Below are positions 48,046-55,899 of a stretch of 64,000 nt of DNA, in pieces; positions within the stretch are counted from its first letter, which is position 1, and each line of letters opens with the position of its first letter. The notes under the pieces were generated by a model. The model was not told the origin of the DNA. It made no database searches and saw only the letters and a program-made list of their open reading frames with translations. The stretch comes from a bacterium (lineage in GTDB: Bacteria; Patescibacteriota; Minisyncoccia; Phycocordibacterales; UBA918): contig JAIYEC010000070.1 in assembly GCA_027487145.1 (NCBI GenBank), positions 4,477 through 68,476 of the forward strand, in the 5' to 3' direction. Position numbers and translations under genes: made by a program.

Positions 48046-48963
48046 TTAAACAAGATTTAGAATCTTCGCAACCAGATATTCTGTATCAGAAAAAAATTCA
48101 GATATTTTATTATTCTGGTCTTTATAACCATTTTGCGGGAAAAAACCAAAGTGAATTAACCTATTGCGAATTTTTTCTATCTTTTCTGCGTTTTCTTCTT
48201 CCTTACCATCAAGAAAGTATTCATTTCTGACAAATCTATATTTTTGCTCCACGCTCATTTTTGATATCTCTTTATTATTCATCAATAAAGAATGGTGTAG
48301 TGAAAAAATATGTTCCCAAATTGACCAAGATAGAATAAAAGCGGATTCTGTACACTGGCGTTTTTGCGCCTGAGCAAAAATTAAAAGAAATGCGCCTTTA
48401 CTATATTTCTTTTGCCATACCTCATCCTTAATAGTGGAACATACTTTATTTACCGCGATTTCTAGCCCCTGATCAAATCTGAGCCATTCAAATGCACTAA
48501 GCCCATTTATCTCGACCTCAGAAATGATTTCTCGTGTTTGATTATTTATAGCTTTTCCTACAGGTAGAACAAATCGACCAAAATTACCCCTATGTTGCCT
48601 TGGATCTTCAATAATCTGTATTCTACTTTCAGCGTCACGCCATGTCTTTGCAATAATATTTCGCCCAGTAAGGAGTGATAGAACTAGTAGTATATCTAAA
48701 AATTCTCTAGGTTTTTGGGAACCTACTTCTATACTATTCCACGGCAAAATTGCAACTTTTTGTCTTGAGGGCAACAACGCCAAGGCAGTCACCCGATGAC
48801 TGCCTTGATTGACCTCAAATGAAGTGCTGTTGTACGAGTGCGACAATTCTTTTAATATTTTTTTGTAATCAGGAGCCTGCTTAAAACAATACTCACCTAC
48901 ATTCAGCTCTAAAACATTATCTGGAAACTCAAGGTTGTATATTTCAATCTGAACCCTATCCAT
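48046..48963 (-). CDS. hypothetical protein (island cargo, 305 aa)
   Basis: AT-rich ORF with no recognisable motif. It is the last gene of a three-gene operon. Confidence 0.5.
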   Translation of the reverse strand: MDRVQIEIYNLEFPDNVLELNVGEYCFKQAPDYKKILKELSHSYNSTSFEVNQGSHRVTALALLPSRQKVAILPWNSIEVGSQKPREFLDILLVLSLLTGRNIIAKTWRDAESRIQIIEDPRQHRGNFGRFVLPVGKAINNQTREIISEVEINGLSAFEWLRFDQGLEIAVNKVCSTIKDEVWQKKYSKGAFLLIFAQAQKRQCTESAFILSWSIWEHIFSLHHSLLMNNKEISKMSVEQKYRFVRNEYFLDGKEEENAEKIEKIRNRLIHFGFFPQNGYKDQNNKISEFFSDTEYLVAKILNLV

Positions 48964-49282
48964 TTCCTAATTTTAAGTTGTGTATTGAGAAAAGTAAAAA
49001 TAACGCAGTAACAAAATCAATTATTATCCAAACATCACGAGTAAGGAATACAGGAATAAAAGGGTTAAACAATACTGCTATCACACCAAAGAGCCATACC
49101 CAACCCTCTTGCTTATCTTTGTACGCAAGGTAGGCAACGTATGTAGTCGAAGCAAATACAACGAAACGAAGAATTGTAAAAAATCCATATTGCCAACCAT
49201 CAATCAAAGCTAATAAAAGAAAAACTGATGCAATAAACAGTGCGGTATTTTTCTTTTTATTTTGACCAAAGACCATGTACAA
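48956..49282 (-). CDS. hypothetical small membrane protein (island cargo, 3 TM)
   Basis: 108 aa. It overlaps the downstream gene by 8 nt. Confidence 0.45.
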   Translation of the reverse strand: MYMVFGQNKKKNTALFIASVFLLLALIDGWQYGFFTILRFVVFASTTYVAYLAYKDKQEGWVWLFGVIAVLFNPFIPVFLTRDVWIIIDFVTALFLLFSIHNLKLGNG

Positions 49283-49288
49283 AATAAG

Positions 49289-50476
49289 TTAATTCTTTGG
49301 TGTCAGAAATCTGAAACTTACTCCAGCGGCTTTATAAACATGATCTAGACCTTCTGGTGTAAAGTCGCCTCCAAACAATCTCATTGAACCATCATTATCC
49401 ATACACACTTGCATAAACATAAAATTGTCTTCAATTTTATACATAAAATGCCAAGTACCGACAAGTTTATTCCTATGTTCTTTTAAGAACACTAATATTT
49501 GCGACTGAGTGAAACAGAGATTGTTTAAATCTTTATCTATAGATTTAAACATCTTGTATATCGTTGAATCATTAATAAGATAATGTACTTGTGCTTCAGC
49601 AATGTTTGTGTTTTTTGAAACAAAGTCTGATTTATTTATATCTTCTTCTTCAAAAAAGATAATTTTAAAACTTTCTTTTGAGTTTGCAATATTTATTTTT
49701 CCGTCTGTAGGTGGTATTTGAAAAACAGTATCTGTTTTTATAAGTACATTATTGGGTATATTTTTGATGTCATTGTCTTTTTCCCAAATGATTTTTGATT
49801 CAGTAGAAATATCAGAACTATTAAGTTCTTTAATTTTATACTCTTCATCTTCTTGTTTGCCATAACTTTTTTGAACCTCCTTTGAAATTTTTTCAAAATC
49901 AACATCTTCCTCAATATCTGGTAGATATCCGAAATCGTATTCAATTTTTTCATCTGAACAATCCTGGGAGCCTGTGCCTGCAAGATAATCTTCTTTTGAA
50001 ATTTCTTTAGAGCCGAATAGCTTCTCAAATTTCTCTCGGATAAGAATACCTCCTGTTGGATCTGATTTTCCTATCGACTCTATTTTGGCAATATACTTTT
50101 CATAGCTTGGATAACCATTAAATAGCCAAAAACCAAGTTCTTGAATATTTTGAACCATGTCTGGTGCATTCTGATTAGCTAAATCAATATATAAGTAATA
50201 TGCAGCCTTAATGTATTTTTTAGGGTATGGCAATAATGACATTGGTACTAATGTCATTAATGGATGTAGGGGTAGATGCTCGTTAAATAATTTCAACTGG
50301 AATGAATTAAAATCTTTAAACACCTTCTCTGCGAGGGCATAGTTTGGTTCTTTATATTCTGGGACTGATTCTTTAATCAGATTATAAGCTTTTATTAAAT
50401 CTGAATTATCATACTGATTCACTACCTCCCTATGTGAAATTTTATTTTTAAATAAGCCAAACATATTTTTTATCAT
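49289..50476 (-). CDS. hypothetical protein (island cargo, 395 aa)
   Basis: Very AT-rich with no recognisable motif. It is the first gene of the operon. Confidence 0.5.
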   Translation of the reverse strand: MIKNMFGLFKNKISHREVVNQYDNSDLIKAYNLIKESVPEYKEPNYALAEKVFKDFNSFQLKLFNEHLPLHPLMTLVPMSLLPYPKKYIKAAYYLYIDLANQNAPDMVQNIQELGFWLFNGYPSYEKYIAKIESIGKSDPTGGILIREKFEKLFGSKEISKEDYLAGTGSQDCSDEKIEYDFGYLPDIEEDVDFEKISKEVQKSYGKQEDEEYKIKELNSSDISTESKIIWEKDNDIKNIPNNVLIKTDTVFQIPPTDGKINIANSKESFKIIFFEEEDINKSDFVSKNTNIAEAQVHYLINDSTIYKMFKSIDKDLNNLCFTQSQILVFLKEHRNKLVGTWHFMYKIEDNFMFMQVCMDNDGSMRLFGGDFTPEGLDHVYKAAGVSFRFLTPKN

Positions 50477-50555
50477 AGTCTATTGTAGCCAACAATATCA
50501 CAAATCGTAATATCTGCCTTAAACTAGGCGTTGCCTTTACCAGGCTACTTCTAGA

Positions 50556-51908
50556 CTATCTTAAACTTACCTTTCTATCAGTCAGAACAATATGACTCTT
50601 TAAACACCTTATAAATTCACGCTTTTCCTCAACGCTTCCCTCTTGGAGAATAAACTTGGCATAGTTTCGAATATCTATATCCTTTACTACCGCTGAGTTC
50701 TTGTTTCCAAGTAACATATGCTCAAACTTCTTCACTCGCTTTAATTCTTCGGTAATCTTTTCTCTAAGAGGAACAATCTGCATATCTAAATCATCGACTA
50801 AGCTTTGCAGTTGTGGTATCAAGTCGTCTTCGTTAATGAGAGCATTGGGACAGAAGTGGTCTTTGATACGTGTACATTTGTAATAGACGTAGCGGTGGGT
50901 ATTGCCGTTTTTTTGGTGTTTAAATTTCTCATCAGCGGTAATACCCGAGCCACAAAGTCCACATGTCATGATTTTGGTAAAAGCGAACTCTTTTTGAGCG
51001 TACTTTGGTTCTAGAACCTGACTCTTAATCTTTTCTTGCACTAAATCAAATAATTCTTTCGTGATAATTGGTTGATGTGAGCCGTTGTACCAAACACCTG
51101 AACCTTTTGGAAATTCAAAACGACCGTAATAAAAATGGGCTTCTAGAATGCGGTAGATGTTACCAAGACTGAGATGCATATTATTTTCAGTCCTGAAGTT
51201 CACTTCTTCTTTTAACCACTAATGTAGCTTTCGACCACTCCAACCATCATACGCAACCTTCTCAAACATCTGTTTAATGATTGGTGCTCGTTCTGGGTCG
51301 ATTACTGATTCACACTTCTGATCCATTCGTTTGAACTTGGTGTAGCCAGTCAGTGGTCGGCACGGCCACAATCCCATCTCCACTCTTGCCCGCAGTCCTC
51401 GCTTCACGTTTTGACTCTTATTATCGTTTTCAAGTTTGGCTTGCGAACACAGAATCATGAGTAGGAACTTTTCGTTCGGAGAATTAGAGAACGTCTGTCC
51501 ATACGTTTGAATATGAACTAACTTCTTCTGGTCCATCAGGTCTACTAGCGAACCGAGGTCACCCGCATTACGACTTAGTCGGTCTGGTGCCCAGGCCATA
51601 ATTCCATCGTATGTACCGTTTCTAATCTCTTCTAGCAATTCTTTAAAGACAGGTCGCTGTCCTGAATCTTTAGCGGAATGAGCTTCACGTTTAATGGTGA
51701 CTATGTTTAGATTTTGCCGTTCAGCAATCGCCATCATTTCTTTGACCTGTGAATCAATCGATAGTGCTTGCATTTCATCAGACTCAGTACTCTTTCTGGC
51801 GTATAAGCAGTAGCGAATTCTCGCTCCACTAATTGATACACCGTCTTGTACTCTGCCCACAACATTAGTTTCCATCCTTAATTGATGACAGAACGAAAAA
51901 ACCTGCAT
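50556..51908 (-). pseudogene. large serine recombinase (resolvase catalytic domain, recombinase domain and zinc ribbon) interrupted by one in-frame TAG at 51219-51221
   Basis: The N-terminal part has YARKSTESDEMQALSIDSQ. The C-terminal part has the recombinase domain and a Cys4 ribbon. The two ORFs are in the same frame, separated only by TAG plus 5 codons (..GWSGRKLH*WLKEEVNFR..). Confidence 0.7.
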
Positions 51909-52153
51909 AGCTATGCAAGCTAGCGGAAACGTTACCTATTCGCTCGGTAAAAGGCTACTACTTTCAAAATAACTAATATTTATAGGCCTATAATGCTGTG
52001 CACGACGTGTGAATAGTCTTTACTTTCGCCTTTTATCGTGTTAACATTATTGTGGCTGGTTGCTCAGCAATGAGCTAGTCCACCTCTCGACGATGTGGAT
52101 ATCCGCGAGGAAACTGGCTTCAAAAACACCTCTCTTCGGAGGGGTCTTTTTGT

Positions 52154-53053
52154 TTATTGGATGGGACAATTTTGGTGAAAATTCCAATTTACCTTATTTA
52201 CGTCAGGAACACAGGTCAGACCACATCCACGGACATTTCCCTGAGCATTGGCATGAAAGTTACATCTGATTTTCTCAAAATAGTCGTAAGTCTCCATTTG
52301 CTTCTTACCATCAGCAGATACCCTGTCACCACACCATTCCCTTCCATACACGGTAAACTGTCTATGAATGTTGTAGGCACAAATATCCGCTATCTGGAGA
52401 AAATTTTCGTCGCATGACTTCTTAAAATCCACATCCACTATATTTTCATAGCTCTCAGAAAATTTAGTCTCCATACCAAGATTGTTGGTAAAGATACCCC
52501 GAATCTTGTTGTGGGCACCTTTTTCAAGAGAGAGTGAAGACTCAAACTGATCAAATGTGACCACGTTGATGTTGCCAGCATAATTTATCCGTTCCAACAT
52601 TATCTGTGTCGTCTTCAAAAAAGGATTTCCATCTCCGGTTGCTCGCTTCGCATCGCCGTAATACCTCTTGTCAAAAACAACACCAATTACCTTCATCTTG
52701 TCAGCATTCTGAGCAATAAGATCATGCAGATCGTCACCAAACTTATTAAGTTGCTCAACGGTAATACCGTAGGGGTCTAAGTAGTGTTTCTTCCTTTTGT
52801 CTGGTATACGCAACCAAGTCGACTTTATTTCCACATCCGCAGTACCGAAGCAAGCAATCTTTAACGTCCTAACTGCCGCGTCAATAATCCCAATATCTGA
52901 TTGTTTTATACGCACACCACAAAGTACGAAATAGTTTTCCCGCCAAAACTGCTCATTACCTTCAAATGCTGGTGGATTGTCTTTAAAATCCCTTGAGTAT
53001 GGGGCATTGTAGTCTTTCATTCCACTATCATCTACGAAGACTTTATAAAGCAT
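52154..53053 (-). CDS. DUF3800-like protein
   Basis: The N-terminal MLYKVFVDDSG resembles the Y-x-F-x-D-E-S-G start of DUF3800 proteins, which are often found on mobile elements. Confidence 0.4.
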   Translation of the reverse strand: MLYKVFVDDSGMKDYNAPYSRDFKDNPPAFEGNEQFWRENYFVLCGVRIKQSDIGIIDAAVRTLKIACFGTADVEIKSTWLRIPDKRKKHYLDPYGITVEQLNKFGDDLHDLIAQNADKMKVIGVVFDKRYYGDAKRATGDGNPFLKTTQIMLERINYAGNINVVTFDQFESSLSLEKGAHNKIRGIFTNNLGMETKFSESYENIVDVDFKKSCDENFLQIADICAYNIHRQFTVYGREWCGDRVSADGKKQMETYDYFEKIRCNFHANAQGNVRGCGLTCVPDVNKVNWNFHQNCPIQ

Positions 53054-53100
53054 TGGACTATTTTATCAGTTTGTGGTCTTAAGTAAAACAAACCCCTTCA

Positions 53101-53470
53101 GCCAACCAATCCAGGTACATCTCTTCAAATTGGTTCGACTGAGGGCATTACTGTACATTTTAGAGCTAGCCTGAGAGTGACATAAACCTTGTACGAGGTG
53201 AATATTATTAAAAGAGTGACAGTTCCTTGTCACTATGTGACACACGTGAATAAGTGTCACTTTTGTCACTTTTTGCCTATGCACGAGAAGGGTTCTTTTG
53301 AATAAAAATCACTAGCTAGAAAAGCCTTACAGGGTAACGAACCAAACAAGTCGTATCTGCTGAAGGCGCCCTGGAGCAAAGTCCCCCTTGGGGGACTTTT
53401 GCGTAAGGGCGGCCAAGCGAGTGAACTGCTTCACTGCGTCCGGGAATCGAAAGCCGCAGTCATGTTGCGG
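53101..53470. repeat. copy 1 of a conserved hairpin-rich non-coding element, split by a 220-nt insertion that carries the GTGACA array
   Basis: 53101-53148 matches 55611-55661, and 53369-53459 matches 55668-55761. The common core is ccctggagcaaagtccccc..gggggacttttgcgtaaggg, a second hairpin, then gtccg(g/a)gaatcgaaagccg. Confidence 0.55.
53174..53269. promoter_or_regulatory. array of five GTGACA/TGTCAC half-sites forming two inverted repeats plus extra half-sites, about 120-215 bp upstream of the DUF3800 gene
   Basis: gtgacagttccttgtcac and gtgacacacgtgaataagtgtcac, plus agagtgacat and ttttgtcac, read directly from the sequence. Confidence 0.4.
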
Positions 53471-53975
53471 AGCAACAGACGAGGCGGGGTCGAGAGTACT
53501 TAGTAAAATCAGAGCGAAGCGAATAATTCTACTTAGTAACTCGTGACCGATTCCTCCCGGTAGCCGCACTAACGAAAATTTATTTAAAGGGTCCCTATAT
53601 ATGTAGGGATTTTTTAGTTCCAGTCTGATATACTTTTTTTGTATGAGTATATATTTAAAGATGCTTCTTTTGATAGCATCCATATATATTTTTATAGGGA
53701 TAGTATTCGCAACAAAATGGGCAATTACTTATGACCCTGCAGTAAACTCATTTCCTAATAATCCAGTCTCATTTCTTTTTAATATAATATTTTGGTTTAA
53801 TGAATTTTAATTTCATCAAAGCTGGGAATATGTATACTCACATCACCTAACCTCTCAAACACAGTTCTAACATCCTTTACGACGTCGCCCATTTTAAGGA
53901 GCTTTATTTAACAACATATTTTAAAGGTATTTTTTAGTACCTACTGTCCCTAGTAGAACCTGCTATAATTTTACT

Positions 53976-54317
53976 ATGCTGATAGTAACATTCTCACATA
54001 TAGTTAATGCACTCGTAGCGGGAGGTATAGGTATATTACTCCTCCTGAATCTTCCTAGTATGACGGCAGTGTATGGAGAAGCAACTCCTGCCCGATCTAT
54101 CCTGACCAGTGTCTATCTTGCAATTGCAGCAGGAAGTTTATTTGCACTTATCTTTCCCTTACACAGTATCGCAATCGCAAAAGTGCTTTTTCCATTACAG
54201 ATACTATATAAATTTTCAACCATACTAACCGTGGGGACAATTACCCATCCCGTTGTATTAAGTAATCTATTTATTAGCGTATTACACGCCGTCTCTTTAT
54301 TTATGATTTTTAAGTAG
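53976..54317 (+). CDS. hypothetical membrane protein
   Basis: 113 aa with 3-4 hydrophobic helices. Confidence 0.4.
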   Translation: MLIVTFSHIVNALVAGGIGILLLLNLPSMTAVYGEATPARSILTSVYLAIAAGSLFALIFPLHSIAIAKVLFPLQILYKFSTILTVGTITHPVVLSNLFISVLHAVSLFMIFK

Positions 54318-54327
54318 AGCTTCGTTT

Positions 54328-54750
54328 CTACTTTAAGACACCTTTTATTCTTAAATTTCTTGCATACCAAAGCAATCCGGCCGCCACCGCCACTACAAAC
54401 GTAAGGATGATAACTTGTGGTGCACCAAGAGCGGCGAACACTCCTTCGGTTATATCACCTATATAAAGAATAATGTACGCTATGAGTGAAATTGCGAAAA
54501 CTGATATAGCAACGCGGGATTTTAAAGCTAACAACACACTCCCAATAATTCCTCCAAAGACACCAACAGCAAATGCAATGGTCATCCATACAGGGTAATT
54601 CAACATTACCATTGCCTGTTCGGCAGTTAGGCCTTGAGTCATTAGCGACGTTTCTGTTGCGTTTAGTGAAGCAAGAAACTGTACCACTCCAAAGATATTC
54701 CACGCCAACCCCAATCCAACGACTGACCAAAATACTGTTTTTGATTGCAT
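54328..54750 (-). CDS. hypothetical membrane protein
   Basis: 140 aa with 4 TM helices, downstream of the SRPBCC gene. Confidence 0.45.
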   Translation of the reverse strand: MQSKTVFWSVVGLGLAWNIFGVVQFLASLNATETSLMTQGLTAEQAMVMLNYPVWMTIAFAVGVFGGIIGSVLLALKSRVAISVFAISLIAYIILYIGDITEGVFAALGAPQVIILTFVVAVAAGLLWYARNLRIKGVLK

Positions 54751-54751
54751 A

Positions 54752-55177
54752 TTATTTATTAATTAATTGTGTAAGCTTAGCAAATGCTGATTCCCACCCC
54801 ATTGCATGCATTTCTCGCAAAAACGGCTGATTGAGATTCTCTTGTATCAAAGTTAATTCTGATCCAGCTTCAATCAGTCTTATAGTGACGATAATCCGAG
54901 ACGAGTCCATTGGCAAATCATGAATACGCCAGGTAAATACCAACGTATGTTCTGGTTCGACTTTCTCAAATACACCGGTTGTTGTATGTATCACTCCACT
55001 TGGCTCTATAACATCAATATCATATTCAGCCCCTTCAACGACTTCGTACTTCTTTAGATGTGCCTCACTCTCTCCTGGTCCAAACCATTTGATAAATTGA
55101 GTCGGGTCGGTCCACGCTTGCCACACTTCGCTTGGTGAGGCACTGAATGTTTTTATAATTGTAATAGTGTTTTCCAT
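54752..55177 (-). CDS. SRPBCC / AHSA1-domain protein
   Basis: The pattern of about 140 aa (..FSASPSEVWQAWTDPTQFIKWFGP..) is typical of the Aha1-like START/Bet v1 fold, which commonly pairs with ArsR regulators. Confidence 0.65.
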   Translation of the reverse strand: MENTITIIKTFSASPSEVWQAWTDPTQFIKWFGPGESEAHLKKYEVVEGAEYDIDVIEPSGVIHTTTGVFEKVEPEHTLVFTWRIHDLPMDSSRIIVTIRLIEAGSELTLIQENLNQPFLREMHAMGWESAFAKLTQLINK

Positions 55178-55186
55178 GATAAAAAT

Positions 55187-55543
55187 TTATTTTTTACTAA
55201 GTAGTTTATCCAGCGCATCAAAATTAGTATTCCAAAACTTGGTGTATTTTTGCACCCACGCCTGAAGTACTTTGAGTGAATGCGGTTCAAGACTCACAAT
55301 TACGTTGCGACTTTCTTTTCTCCGTTTAATTAACTTTGCCTCCTCGAGTACCCGCAAATGTTTAGATAGTGCTGGAGCAGACATCTGATAGTACGGTGAC
55401 AGTACCTCAACTGAAAGCGGACCACTACTTACTCGCTCTATAATCGAACGACGAGTTGGATCAGCTAGGGCTTTAAAAATTGCATCCATTGATGATTGAT
55501 TAACCATACGGTTAAATGTATCATGTAGATACTTAACCGTCAA
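55187..55543 (-). CDS. ArsR/SmtB-family transcriptional regulator
   Basis: Winged HTH LADPTRRSIIERVSSGPLSVEVLSPYYQMSAPALSKHLRVLEEAKLI. Confidence 0.8.
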   Translation of the reverse strand: MTVKYLHDTFNRMVNQSSMDAIFKALADPTRRSIIERVSSGPLSVEVLSPYYQMSAPALSKHLRVLEEAKLIKRRKESRNVIVSLEPHSLKVLQAWVQKYTKFWNTNFDALDKLLSKK

Positions 55544-55610
55544 GTTAAGTATGCTGATGTGACATATCCCTCCTATGTGAACATCTCAAGCAAAACAAAA
55601 CCCTTGCTTC

Positions 55611-55765
55611 ACTCAACCATTCAAGACACAGCTCTTCCAATTGGTTCCACCCGAGGGTTGGCAGCCGCCCTGGAGCAAAGTCCCCCTTTCGGGGGACTTT
55701 TGCGTAAGGGCGCCTAGGGAAGCAGACTGTTTTGCTTCCGTCCGAGAATCGAAAGCCGGAGCGAT
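55611..55765. repeat. copy 2 of the conserved hairpin-rich non-coding element (contiguous form)
   Basis: See copy 1. It lies between the stop of the 747-aa surface protein gene and the start of arsR. Confidence 0.55.
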
Positions 55766-55899
55766 ATTTATGAGCGAGCAGGTGAGAAATGGGATGGGAC
55801 CCGTTTCCCAAACTTTTTTCACTCTACGACCTCGCGTAAACGAAAAAACACCAGGCTATTTGTCCGGTGTTTTTACATTTCTTTATATAAGTATAGTGA

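Larger units (their letters stand above)
47970..53566. mobile_element. putative integrated (probably degenerate) genomic island at the 3' end of tRNA-His
   Basis: The segment is low-GC and contains a serine recombinase gene. The 13-nt direct repeat ttttagagctagc occurs at 47970-47982 and 53160-53172. cacgagaagg is at 47983 and 53282. The tRNA 3'-end-like cccggtagccgc is at 53555-53566. Confidence 0.45.

Noticed and set aside
53369-53470. Possibility that the repeated structured element is RNase P RNA, tmRNA or SRP RNA.
   Set aside because: I compared by eye with the conserved P4, tRNA-like-domain and SRP domain-IV signatures and found only short ambiguous matches, such as GUCCGGG and GAAAGCCGG. 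I could not support any of these identities without a covariance-model search.
53327-53683. ORFs called across the repeated element (53327-53683, 55545-55811, 55613-55822).
   Set aside because: The two copies are conserved at the nucleotide level, but the amino-acid similarity jumps between frames, so the element is non-coding.
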